Shown here one piece after another: positions 37,466-50,284 of a stretch of 64,000 bases of DNA (position 1 is its first letter; each line of letters starts with the position of its first letter). The DNA lies in NCBI GenBank assembly GCA_951406725.2, contig OX597828.1, positions 29,202,001 to 29,266,000 on the forward strand, given 5' to 3'. The DNA is from Octopus vulgaris (taxonomy: Eukaryota). Below the pieces are notes generated by a model. The model was not told the origin of the DNA. It searched no databases and worked only from the letters and a program-made list of their open reading frames with translations. Both the position numbers and the translations under genes were made by a program.

Positions 37466-40010
37466 TGAATCCTTGGCATCATGTTTTTATTTTGATTAAT
37501 ATATATATATATATATATATACGAGAGGCATCTGTGTTTGCGTCTCCTTGTCATGATATGGGATAGTTATAAAGAATGCCACTGTCATTCTAGCAGTGTG
37601 CTTTGTTTCATGTCTCCTGTGTGGACATGTCCAGCCATAACAGAATATTAGCTTGCTTGAAGACAGTTGAGGATTGGTGACAGGAAGGGCATCCAGCTGC
37701 AGAGAATCTGCCTCAATGATTTCTGTCTGACCTATGGAAACATGAACATTAAACTGCTGATGATGATGATGTGATGGAAGTTGACTCAGTAATGAATATG
37801 ACCATTGCTTGTTTAATGAGTTGCACAGCGAAGGTAAATTTTTTTTAGCCTGACGAACTGCAGCCTTAACCACAGTGATCAGATAAACGTCTTTTCTCAG
37901 TTAAGTGCATTATAGTTGGGTGAGAAAGTACATCATGCCAGATATCAAAGCCTTTACAACTGAATCTCTACTATTGTTAAGAATTGAAGCTCTACAACTG
38001 CTTTGCTAAATATCTTTATTATCAGCACTATTGATCAGAAACATACATAACGTTGCTTGCCTTTAGAAAGATATGATAAATTGTTGACACTGTAGCAGCT
38101 GTTAATACAATGACATGAAATAGGCTTCAGTTATTTAAAGCTGTGCCTTACTTCAAACTTTCTTCATTGTGAAGCTTCTAAGCTAAAACAGATAAAATGC
38201 CACTTAAAGATCATTGCTGTTGTTTGACCCCTTAGGGTTAGGGTTAGGGTTGATCATGCAGATGTATGACCAAGATATATTTCAGCTGTGACCACCCTGT
38301 TTTTTTTATTTCTGATATTTGGCGTTAGGAAGGGCATCCAGCCCTAGAAACACTGCCAAATCTGACTGGGCCTGATGAAGCCTTCCGGCTTCACAGACCC
38401 CAGTTAAACCGTCCAACCCATGCTAGCATGGAAAACGGACGCTAAATGATGAAAAATGATATTAGGGTATATTTTATCTGATGTGTGCTTTCCTGTTTTC
38501 AAGTTAGTAAAAGTGAGATTTGAGATTAGTGGATCAAATGATGGCATAGAAACTTCCTTTGGGGTATATTTATTTCCAACCATTGGTGGGGTAGTTTACT
38601 TTGTGGGTGGTTAATTTACTTTTCGGATTTCAGATATCATGATGATGGTTAGTTAAATTAGGTGTTTCCAAAATGGTTGATATAGACCCCTGAGGGTCAA
38701 TGAGATTATTCAAGGGGTCGATAAATGCACATCTACTTAATTACTATTATTATTTATTTATTTTCTTGTACATGCCTGGGAGTCGATGAGGGGTCAAGGA
38801 TTTCATGAAGGGGGGTGGATGGTTTAAGAAGTTTGGGGACCCCTGAGTTAAATATTTTTTGTGGGTTTTATGTGAATTATCGTGCTTGCCTCAAACTGTA
38901 TTTTGTATGGGTTGGATATGAACAAAACCAAGCCATTAAAATGACTGTCTTACGTATGAGCCAGTGAAGGAATCTGTACAACTTGTTCAGTCAGTCAGCC
39001 AAATATAGCAGCTAAGTTCCCTTCAAACTGACACTTTACTGTAGTAATAATGGAAGGATATACAGGATAATGTAGCCTGAAATGCATTGATGACAAGAGT
39101 GACAGGTTAGATATGGCTAGAAGGTATTTCATTTTGATTCACTTGATGAAGGTCGACCTGGGGTTAAACAGCAACTTATTAAGAAAACAATTGCATTAAG
39201 AACAGACTAATAAGGAAGCCTCTACTTGGTCGTTCAGCCTGCTAGAAATAGCAGCCAAATCTTTCTTAACTTTCACCCTACGGTTTTAAAAATGGAATGG
39301 CATACCAGAAAGTGTAGCCCTTGGTATATACTTTGTGTGTAAAAAAAAAAAAAAAAAGGCAGGATGGTCATAGGTAGAATGTCTATGATCATGAGAAAAA
39401 AATGTCCTGGAGCTCAACAACAAGAACAGTTCTATTGTGTACTTTGCAGCATAGGAAAATAATAATGGGTCAAGTGATGGAAACATGTAATTTTGTGGTG
39501 ATACAAATGGAAAGTTGGGAATTTGATCTTGCTATGATTAAAATACAGTCTGCATAGATCATTGTTGCCATAGAGGAGATTGCTTAAACTGATTAAGAAG
39601 CTAGGACTAAACATATGAGAAGGTCATTGGTTTCTTTTTTTTTTTATTTATTATTGTTTGCTTTTTGTTTATTGTTGAATAACCACAACCACCCCACTCG
39701 CCTCATTCATCTCTTCTAGAATAGATCTTATGGCATGCTGGCAGATCAGATGTAATCAAATAAATTTGTTTGAGAAATGTCGTCTTTAATTAAGGTGACA
39801 GCTGGTTCCAAGATTAGCTGTGTGGTAAGAAGTTTGCTTTCCAACCCCATGGTTCTGGGTTCAGTCACACTGTGTGACGCATTAGGCCTTCTACTATAGA
39901 CCCAGGCTGACAGAAGTGTTGGGCAGGTGTCTTCTACTATAGCCTTGGGCTGACCAAAGCCTTGTGAGTGGATTTGGTAGACAAAATCTGAAAGAAGCCT
40001 GTTGTGTATA

Positions 40011-40045
<35 letters not shown>

Positions 40046-40323
40046 GTATGTGTGTTTGTCCCCCCCCCCAGCATCGCTTGACGACTGATGCTGGTGTGTT
40101 TATGTCCCCGTAACTTAGTGGTTCAGTGAAAGAGACCGATAGAATAAGTACAAAGCCTACAAAGAATAAGTCCTGGATTCGATTTTCTCGACTAAAGGTG
40201 GTACTCCAGCATGGCCGCAGTCAAAATGGCTGAAACAAATAAAAGAATATCTATCTATCTATCTATATATATATATAATATGAATAAAAAATGGAGTTAA
40301 CGCAGGTGTAATCAAATATTTTT

Positions 40324-40409
40324 ACTTTCGACACATGTTTCAAAAATTCCACTGATACTATTCAAAAGAATAAATGGTATAAACAATGCAATCTTCTCCT
40401 CAGGAAAGT
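40324..40409 (-). ncRNA. Type I hammerhead ribozyme motif (inverted twin of 40451-40531)
   Basis: Reverse complement has the same stems and core with a loop II that is 5 nt longer. Confidence 0.85.
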
Positions 40410-40450
40410 GAAAAAAACGAAACTCGTCAATAAGACATTTCGTTTTTTTC

Positions 40451-40531
40451 ACTTTCCTGAGGAGAAGATTGCATTGTTTATACATTCTTTTGAATAGTAT
40501 CAGTGGAATTTTTGAAACATGTGTCGAAAGT
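40451..40531 (+). ncRNA. Type I hammerhead ribozyme motif, long stem II
   Basis: Stem I ACTTTC/GAAAGT; core CTGAGGA 40457-40463; stem II GAAGATTGCATTG/CAGTGGAATTTTT (12 of 13 positions pair); GAAA 40514-40517; stem III ACA-TG-TGT; GTC cleavage triplet ending 40525. Confidence 0.85.
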
Positions 40532-40624
40532 AAAAATATTTGATGTTACAACACCTTTACTTGTGAGATTTTTGCTGCCCGGTAACTATTTATTTTTTCC
40601 GTGTTAATTGTTAACAAGGTAAAA

Positions 40625-40687
<63 letters not shown>

Positions 40688-41331
40688 TACATAGATATAT
40701 ACATATATATGTCATCATCATCAACATCATTATTTTATATCTGCTTATCCATGCTGGCATGGATGGAACATTTTGAGAGAATTCAACTGGTCAGAACCAC
40801 ATCTTCCTCCAATGTTGTGTCCCATTTTTTGGCTTTGTTTCTACAGCTGTGTCCTTCCTAACACTGACAGTTTTACATAACGCAATGAGTACATTTTTCA
40901 TGGTGCCAGCTGTAAAGTTTACCATGACATCAACAAGAGTAAAGAGTCCTCTTGAATCGAGTCTTGTTGCTATTTGTATTGATTACCAAATACTTAGTCT
41001 GTACTGAATGCCTTTTTGTGTCTCCAGAACTGTTATGGTACAGTTGACCTTGGAAGAATTTGAACTCAGAGTTCAAAAGGGCTGTAACTAAATACAGCCA
41101 TGTATTGTCTGATGCTCTAACAATTCTGCATTTCACCATCTTTATCTTTTACTGGTTTCAGTCACTGCACTATGGCCATACTGCTGCATCACCTTGACGG
41201 GTTTTGTCAAACACATTGATCCCAGAACTTGTTTTATTTTTTTAAGCTTATTCTGGTTTTTAAACTTATTCAAATGGTTTCAAAGCGAGGGGAATCTCAG
41301 AAGTGGTAAGATCCAAGTGAGGTGTATAATG

Positions 41332-41535
41332 TTAATCCAAACAAGAAAACACAAAAAAACACAACGCGAGGACGTGGAATAAATATAGTATTATTGGATG
41401 CTCAGGAAAGGAGGAAAGAAGGAAGGTTTAACGTTTCGAGCGGAGCTCTTCGTCGGAAACATAGGAGAAGGAAAGATCCAGAGAAGGGAAGACAGAGGAA
41501 AAAAAATCGCCAACGGTACACACGAGGTCACATTT
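41332..41535 (-). mobile_element. 204-bp non-autonomous element carrying a minimal hammerhead, with 14-bp TSD
   Basis: Flanked by direct repeat TGAGGTGTATAATG at 41318-41331 and 41536-41549. Confidence 0.75.
41426..41460 (-). ncRNA. Minimal Penelope-type hammerhead motif
   Basis: Minus strand GTTT-CCGACGA-A-GAGC-TCC-GCTC-GAAA-CGT-T-AAAC: 4-bp stem I, CYGANGA core (U4C variant), 4-bp stem II and palindromic ACGT stem III. Confidence 0.72.
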
Positions 41536-43284
41536 TGAGGTGTATAATGCTGGCTACTCTTCAGGCCAAGGATATCTTGATTAGATTAAAGGCTACATTG
41601 TCGCAAGCAGGTACATGTTGATGCAAAGTTATACATATTCATGATGGACTCTTTTCATTTGTTATCTACCATATCCACCCAGAAGGCCTAGGGCTATAGT
41701 AGAAGACACTTGCCCAAGGTGCCATGCAGTGGGACTGAACCTTCAACCATGTGGCTGGGAAGCAAACTTCTTACCACACAGCCATACCTGTACCTATGTT
41801 TCAATTAATTAAAAAAATAACAAAGAATAAAGTAAAATAACCTTGTTTATTATTAAGTTGATGCATGGAACAAAAATGATCAAGAAATTTTCATTGGAAA
41901 TCCTAATTTAGATCACTCTAAAATAGGAAACTTGTATTTTCAAACCAGGGAAAATTTCAGTTGGGCTGGTATCTAAAGGGTTAAACAACAACTCCAGCAA
42001 CCTGTCATTAATCTGAAATTATACTGTGAGTTTGTGTGTGTTCCAGTTTTGTCATTGATTGATTAATGTTTTATTAATGTGTTTAGAAACTTTTGCGTGT
42101 TTGTATAACCCCACCAATTTCATTGTCACAATCTGGTGCACTAATTAACTCAAGACGGTAGTAAAGATTTGATGCCATTCACTAATTAGATGTTTGTTTA
42201 CTAATCTTAGTCTTTTTCCAAGCTTGAAATTTGATTTTTCATGTTTCTGGAAGGAATTTGTGTCCCTTTACAAACACTCTAAGGAATACGAAAATTTATG
42301 GGTGAAGGCATGGCAGTGTGGTTAAGAAACCCACTTTGGCACCTTGAGTAAATGTCTAATGTCTTTCCTATAGCCTCAGGCTTACCAAAGCCTTGTGAAT
42401 GGATTTGGTAGACAGAAAGTGAAAGAAGCTTGTCATATGTATGTGTGTATATGTGTCTGTGTGTTTGTGTATATCCATGACATCATGTGATGATTGCAAA
42501 GGAGCATCAACATCAAACAAATAATGTTCATTTCCAGTCTTCCATGTCTGTTCATGAGGAAATATTACTTTGCTTGGAAATAGGTAAGGGTTGGCAACAA
42601 GAAGGGCCTCTGGCCATAGAAAATTTCAATAAATTTTGTCTGACCCATGCAAGCATTGAAAAGTGGACGTTAAATGACGATGATATTTCATTCAGGTTTT
42701 CAAATGGAATTCATAACTAACTATGAATATCTTTTGGTTATATCTCTCTTAAGGATGTGGGCATGACTAGGTAGTTAAAAAGTTCACTTCACAACTATGT
42801 GGTTCTAGTTTCAATCCCATTGAACTTCTCCTGAAGAAAATTCTAACTGGGCCCCACCTGCAAGGTCATGCGCTGTTTATCTTGATATGAGACCACCTTG
42901 TCATGCACATATGGTTGTAATGCTTGTGCTTGGTGTATACTTATCAGATGGGTAATCATGATGGGTATACTGGGCTTCGTATAATTGTACTCCAGGGTCA
43001 CTTTGATGGCATGTGCTGCTCTCTCACTCAATAATAATAACGATGCTTTTTAATTTTGGCACTGGGCCAGCAGTTTGTGAGGGGAGGGAGAAGTCAATTA
43101 CATTGACCCGAGTATTTGACTGGTACTTGTTTTATCAACCCCAAAAGGAGGAAAGTCAACCTTGGCGGGATTTGACCTCAGAACATAGACAGATGGAATG
43201 CTGCTAACCACCAGCTCACAACCTTTAATAATAATAATAATAATGATTTTATTTATTTACCACAAGGGCGAAAGATGAGAGGAC

Positions 43285-43317
<33 letters not shown>

Positions 43318-44128
43318 CATCATCATCATCGTTTAGTGTCCGCTTTCCATGCTAGCATGGGTTGGACGGTTCAACTGGGGTCTGGGAAGCCAGAAGGCTG
43401 CACCAGGCCCAGTCTGATCTGGCAATGTTTCTACGGCTGGATGCCCTTCCTAACGCCAACCACTCCGTGAGTGTAGTGGGTGCTTTTTATGTGCCACTGG
43501 CACAGGTGCCAGACGAGGCTGGCAAACGGCCACGATCGGATGGTGCTTTTTACATGCCACCGGCACAGGGGCCAGGCGAGGCTGGCAACAGCTATGATCA
43601 GATGGTGCTTTTTGCGTGCCACTGGCACGAGGCCAGTTGGGGCGGCGCTGGCGACGGCCACGTTCGGATGGTTCTCTTACATGCCACTGGCACTGGTATC
43701 GCAGCTACAATAATAATAATAATGATAATGATAATCCTTTCTATTGTAGGCACAAGGCCTGAAATTTGCAGGGAAGGGACAGGTTGATTATATTAATTTC
43801 AATACTTGGCTAATATTTAAAATTCTCAGTTCCACATTCAGCTCTAACTACAGTCACTTTTCTTTCGGTGGTTGTTGTTAATTTTTATATTTGCATAGAT
43901 CTTTTTTTTACTGTTGACTGTTTGCTATGGTTATTGTTAATCAATCAGCTTTGAACGAGCTGTGCACCTTGTTTAGAGACACGTCACAATGTCTGTCGTG
44001 GAGCCTGAATTAATGACCATGCGGTCAGGAGATCAATACCTCGACCACACTCACGTTGTGTGTGTCTGTGTGTGTCATCTTTACTTGGTGAGAAAATGTC
44101 TAAATGTTTATTTTCTTTCTATTTGCAG

Positions 44129-44202
44129 CTGTGAAGCGTCTAATGAAAGAGGCACAAGAACTGAAAGATCCAACTGAGTTATTCTATGCCCAACCATTAG
44201 AA
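44129..44202 (+). CDS. UBE2J1: UBE2J1 coding exon 2
   Basis: tttgcag|...|gtaagg, 74 nt; (A)VKRLMKEAQELKDPTELFYAQPLE. Confidence 0.96.
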
Positions 44203-44310
44203 GTAAGGAGCTTACTTTTACTCTTTGAAATATAGCTGTGTGGTTAAGCAGTTTGCTTCTCAGTCACATTTTTGGGGTTCAGCCACCCTGCATGGTGTCT
44301 TGGACAAATA

Positions 44311-44534
44311 TATGAAGGGGGTACTGAAAAGTTCCTGGCTTTGGGTAAAAAAAAAATACAAGAGGATGAGTTAATTATGATTTTATTTACCAAATTCCCC
44401 TCTCAGATTCACACACATATTGCAGGGGTCCTTCAGTTTTTCTAAACCCTGTAAAAGAACTCGGAGGGTTGGGCTTCCAACCAACCCTTTCACTATACCT
44501 TTAAAGCCAGGAACCTTTCAGCACCTCCTTGTAT
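44311..44534 (-). mobile_element. Mariner-derived MITE (copy of 8805-9024)
   Basis: Reverse-complement similarity over about 220 bp, same TIRs. Confidence 0.72.
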
Positions 44535-47267
44535 AGCAACAGGTCAATCAAAGCATTGTAAATGTATTTCGTAGATGGAAACTGAAAGAAGCCTGTTGTA
44601 AATATGTGTGTGTGTGTGTGTGTGTGTGTGGAGAATTATGCATCATCTCTGTTTTTTTTTTCTTGTTACAGTCTTTTATACAATATATTCTCTTTAAACC
44701 TCCGTCTGGTATATGTTTCTGCTGTATGGATATTTTGTTATGTGGTGGTTATTTGCATCCTGCATTAAGATTCATCCTGGTTAAATGTTTCACCAGGATG
44801 AATAAGATAGAGTAATGATAATTAAAAAAAAACATGTAGAAGTATATTTCTCCGTCATCATCATCATCATTTAGCGTCCGCTTTCCATGCAAGCATGGGT
44901 TGGACGGTTCAACTAGGGTCTTGGAAGCCAGAAGGCTGCACCATGCCCAGTCTGATCTGGCAATGTTTCTAGATCAGACTGGGCCTGGTGCAGCCCTCTG
45001 GCTTCCCAGACCCCAGTTGAACCGCAATGTCCGTGCTGTACACTTGGCCAACTGTTTATAATCCAACGGGTGAAATACCATGAGATTGTTTACCTTAAGT
45101 AATCCCCAGTTATCCCATATCGTTTGATGTGGTTGTCAATCATTTCTAGTCTTCCATGAAAACGTGTCTGGTCATGTGAAAATATTACCTTGCTTGGTGC
45201 CAAGTGAGGGCTAGTGACAGGAAGGGCATCTGGCCATGGAAAATCTGCTTCAACAAATGCCATATGACCCATGTGGAAATGTGGAAAAGTAGACTTTAAA
45301 TCAGTGGTGATGATGGTGATATACTTTCTGTCTGTCTGCCTGTCTGTCTGCCTGTCTGTCTGTCTCTCTCTCTCTAACACACACACACACACATGCACAC
45401 ACACACACACACATTAGATTTCCTTGTGTTAAAAAATGCCTGACCTTGAAGAAACCCTACGAATTTTGGACTTGAAAATTTTGGAAAGAAGATAAACATA
45501 AAAACAAGGGTCCTATTTAGTAACTACAGATCAATGTTTTGCTCCGCAGAAAATAAATTGCTGAAAATCTGACCTTTTATGACAGCAATTTCACATATAT
45601 TCATATCTCTGCCTCTCTCTTTTTCCCCTCGTCTCTTCTTCTTCTTCTTCTTCTCTCTCTCACCTTTTCTTTCTCTCAACTGATTTAGTCTCTCTACTTA
45701 TCTGTCCTTTGGCATCTGTTCACACTGTACATGCGACAGCTTTGCTTCTCAGTTTGTGTGCAGGCACAGACGTGGCTGTGTGGTAAGAAGCTTGCTTCCC
45801 AACCATATGGTTCTGCGTTCAGTCCTACTGTGTGACACGATGGGCAAGTATCTTCTACTATGGCCTTGTGCTGATCAAAGCCTTGTGAGTTGATTTGGTT
45901 GACGGAAACAGAATAAAGCTCATCGCACGTACACACACTCACTCTCACACACACACACACACATGTATGTGTGCGTGTGTGTGTGTCTTTGTGTTTGTCA
46001 CCCACCACCATTTGATGACTGGTGTTTGTGTGTTTATGTCCCCATAACTTAGCAGTTCAGCAAAACAACCTGACAGAATAAAATATCCAGCTTAAAAAAA
46101 AGCTAAGTCCTGGGGTCGATTCATTCAACTAAAAATTGAAGGTGGTGCCCCAGCATGGCCACAGTCTAATGACTGAAACAGCTAAAAGATGTGTAGACTA
46201 GTTCTTCTGACTGTTCAACTACTGTGTTGACCAACTAATCTGACTGGCATGGTAACTCAGCCAGGAAGGAGAGCTACTGGTCACTAGTGTTTAGACCATT
46301 CTTTGTAGGTTCTTTGTTGATATGGGGTGAATAGTAAAATTGGTAAAGGGTAAAGACCCCCTTCAGTCATGACTGACCATATGATTACACCTACAAAGAT
46401 CCCCTCTGAGGCACAAGTCTGGGCAAGGTTGTCACCAATGTTATCCAAGGGAAAGGCAAAGGGGCCGATACAGCTTGACACCAGTGATGTTGCAACTCAG
46501 TTTCTATAGCTAAGTGAACTGGAGCAACGTGAAATAAAGTGTCTTGCTTAAAAACACAGTACACAGCCCGGTCCGGCAATTGAACTCACTACCTCATGAT
46601 TGCGAGTCTGACGCTCTAACCACTGAGCCATGTGTGAATAGGAGAAACAGGAGATACTGAAAAAGTACTGCAGAAGCAGATAATATCAGTTCTAATTTTT
46701 TTGGTAGATAATTAATATTGTTATTGGAATGACCATGATATTTAATTAGTTAGTCAAAGGGTTAAAATTGTTCCAGCAGTGACTGTCCCTTCATTTTTTT
46801 TTTCATTATGGCTGACTCATGAGACAGTGCACATGACTTTTTTTTTTTAAATCAGAGCCTTCTGGTTTGCTGTGAAGAAAGAAGGATGTTATTCTCAGAC
46901 CTGGCTTGAGTTCTTGCAACAGAGTGGACTCTTCCAAAGGCACCTATGGGCCAGGCAGCTCCATAAATTTGAATGATAAAGTCTGTTTCCTAAGATATTT
47001 AAGATAGGAGAGTGTGAATTGTGAGAGATGTGACTTCTATTTCTAGCAGCTGCATCACCCAGTCAGCTGGAGGCTCCATCTCACTGGTTTACTCCACTTG
47101 TTATGTTTATGAGCCTGATTCTCCCCCCCCCCCGCCTCTTTTCCTCAACTTTGAGTGAACCAGGGATGGAAGTTAGTGTAGCAGGACTGGATGGACCATC
47201 AGCCTGTGAGTAAACAGGACAGCATACAGCCATAATTACTTAGAACAATAAATTATTTTGGCTGACA

Positions 47268-47270
<3 letters not shown>

Positions 47271-47342
<72 letters not shown>
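47271..47342. repeat. (CT)n microsatellite
   Basis: Direct reading. Confidence 0.95.
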
Positions 47343-47345
<3 letters not shown>

Positions 47346-47761
47346 ATGTAGATAACCAGTTCTGTATCTATGTCCTTTTGCTAGACTGGTGATGTGTCTT
47401 CTTCAATGAACACGCGTTGTCTTCAACAGAAGATTCTACCATCCGTTGTCGTCATCGTCATCATCATCATATGTCATCATCATCATGTGCATGTGTGTGT
47501 GCGTGTATGTACATATGTATGTATAACTGCCAAAATGCTGTTTTAGCTAGCGTATAGGTGCTAGCCTCTTATTCTTTTTGCATATATATGTATACATACA
47601 CACATGCACACACACACACACACATACAGACATATTAATACATATACACATACATGCGTACATATATACATATTTATATAAAATTAATTAATTAAGGGTA
47701 GAAATCAATATTTATCAATTAAAACCAGTGGTCTAGCATATTAAAAAAAGAATCCAAAGAT

Positions 47762-48060
47762 TAAATATTTATATATACCAATTAAGGACTGAACACGAAA
47801 AGTGGACAGTCAACATGCTAGATATAGACGTCAAATTGCCATGTGGACAGTCAACATGCTAGATATAGACGTCAAATTGCCATTTTCCACAAAAGATTAT
47901 GTTCTCAAATCATTTGAGAACATAATCTTTTGTGGAAAATGGCGATTTGACGTCTATATCTAGCATGTTGACTGTCCACATGGCAATTTGACGTCTATAT
48001 CTAGCATGTTGACTGTCCACTTTTCGTGTTCAGTCCTTAATTGGTATATATAAATATTTA
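47762..48060. repeat. 299-bp near-perfect palindrome with internal 41-bp tandem duplication
   Basis: 149-bp arms centred on a single C at 47911; one mismatch seen. Unit GTGGACAGTCAACATGCTAGATATAGACGTCAAATTGCCAT at 47802 and 47843 is mirrored in the right arm. Confidence 0.93.
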
Positions 48061-48290
48061 TATATGTGTTATGAGTGGCACAGAATAAATAAATGTATTG
48101 ATTGCCGTCTGTCTTTCTCTCGTAAATACACAAGCACATAATATCTGAATATATCCAGAGCTCTGGTCAAATACAAACGCTTGACTGTCAGTGAACGTGA
48201 ATGGATCTCCATTATTTTTGGCAATGGGGTGGGGGGTTAATTGTTTGATGTATGCAACTACTTGCTCATTGATTTAGTATATAAGCAACC

Positions 48291-48523
48291 TATTTCTTTA
48301 TTACCCACAAGGGGCTAAACACAGAAGGGACAAACAAGGACAAACATAGGTATTAAGTCGATTACATCGATCCCAGTGCGTAACTGGTACTTATTTAATC
48401 GACCCCGAAAGGATGAAAGGCAAAGTTGACCTCGGCGGAATTTGAACTCAGAACGCAACGGCAGACGAAATACGGCTATGCATTTCGCCCGGCGTGCTAA
48501 CAGTTCTGCCAGCTCGCCACCTT
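48291..48523 (-). mobile_element. Young SINE, family A
   Basis: Full-length copy; TSD AGTATATAAGCAACC on both sides. Confidence 0.85.
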
Positions 48524-49409
48524 AGTATATAAGCAACCGAGTATTCCACATTCATGTGTACCCTTAATGTAACCAACCCCCTTGCAGAATCACTACAGCT
48601 ATATGTGTGTGTGGTTAAGGATGGGATAAATGTTCATAGCTAGAGATATGTGTAGGCGAGAAGCTAAGTTGGTGTCATGTGTTCGCTTTGTATACGAGTG
48701 TGTGAGTGTATGGTTGACAGCTTGCATGAAGACTGGCTTTAGCGTAATGTGTATTGTCTGTATAGTTATGCTGTGTGTGTATGTGTGTATTAGTTAAGAT
48801 ACATAGCTCTGATAGTACAATAGTGAGACATACTTCTATAGCGTGCTGTGTTCTATCAGGTAATCATTTAGGTTTAGGCTATACAAGCTCATCTGACAAT
48901 TGTATTATCAAAGGTATGGAACTTAGAGCAGCTGACATTTAAAGCCTTTTTATATTAAATGATATTTATCTTTCATTGGATGGAGTAGCTTTTCTGTTGG
49001 TCCCATTAATAATGGATTATATATATATATATATATATTACGTGGCATCTTGGGCAAGTGTCTTCTGCTATAGCCTCGGGCCGACCAATGCCTTGTGAGT
49101 GGATTTGGTAGACGGAAACTGAAAGAAGCCTGTCGTATATGTGTATGTATATATATATATATGTATATATGTGTGTGTGTTTGTGTGTCTGTGTTTGTCT
49201 CCCTAGCATTGCTTGACAACTGATGCTGGTGTGTTTACGTCCCTGTCACTTAGCGGTTCGGCAAAAGAGACTGATAGAATAAGTACTGGGCTTACAAAGA
49301 ATAAAGTCCCGGGGTCGATTTGCTCGACTAAAGGCGGTGCTCCAGCATGGCCGCAGTCAAATGACTGAAACAAGTAAAAGAGAAAGAGAGTAAAGAGTAA
49401 TGTATGTAT

Positions 49410-50280
49410 GTATGTCAAGATTTCTAGCCAATAAAGAACCAGTTTTTAACCTAGATCCAAGGCTCCTTCACTGGAATTTCAATGTCAACAACAGGTTATT
49501 TTTGTTTGTATGTGTGTATATGTGCAGATTTGTATGTTTTATTTTATGTATGTATTCTCATGCATATAGTTGCATATCTAGATATGCTCATATATATTTA
49601 GATGCTAAACTTCTGGAAAGGTTTACAGATTTTTACAGTTTCAGTGATGGATTGGATCTGTAATCTTCGAATTAGCTTTCTCCATTCTGGTTTTCAGAAG
49701 CCTAATTTCTCAAGATAAGTATTTAGGCAGTGTGTTACATATCCCAGGGCCCCAATAATTACAGATATAAATCTGAACTTGTAAGCTGGATAGAGTAACT
49801 GCAGATTTCTCAATAGTTCAATGTAGCTATTCTCTTTTTCACTGATCTTCAGCTTTATGTTAATATCCGCTGGGCAGCTAATTTTCACAGTTCATCATCG
49901 TCACAGTTTCTCTTCTCTATCCCAAATCATTACATGAGGTTTGTTGTGCTTACATTTTATCAAGGTTTTCATTGGGACATTCCACCTGTACTCCTTTTTA
50001 TTTCTTTTGTCCCTGGGGTTATCTTTCTGATGGATTTTATTATAGAGTGTTCTAGCTACAACATCATGTCGCATCGGTAAATAATACCGTGATCACATTT
50101 TCGGATAACTGCTTATGATGTGGGTGATATCTTCAGTGTGAACTCCACAAAGTCTGCATTGGTTGTCACATTTTACTGCTTTTCCTGTATCTTAGTCCCT
50201 TTTGTGCATCAGGTACTTTTTTGATATTTCCAGTTCCTGGATTGCAAACGTATACCCTTCAAAGTGGGAGGTAGTAATCC
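49410..50280 (-). mobile_element. Decayed R4/Dong-like non-LTR retrotransposon 3' part (restriction-like endonuclease)
   Basis: CRLCGVHTEDITHIISS (CCHC-type knuckle), MRHDVV, KHNKPH-like motif, ISCP..EKENSY and VIIGALG; ends in a TATG/CATA microsatellite. Confidence 0.78.
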
Positions 50281-50284
50281 GGTT

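Larger units (their letters stand above)
40279..40630. mobile_element. Palindromic Penelope-pLTR-like element between TA microsatellites
   Basis: Inverted arms 40311-40422 and 40438-40544. Both outer ends recur, rearranged, at 5760-5890. Confidence 0.65.

Noticed and set aside
38231-38251. Telomere or chromosome fusion site
   Set aside because: Only about 3 TTAGGG units in one orientation.
46856-46910. Poison exon in UBE2J1 intron 2
   Set aside because: Acceptor-like site and an in-frame stop exist, but no convincing donor and no independent evidence.
48568-48950. Solo LTR
   Set aside because: TGTAAC start but no identifiable matching end or TSD.
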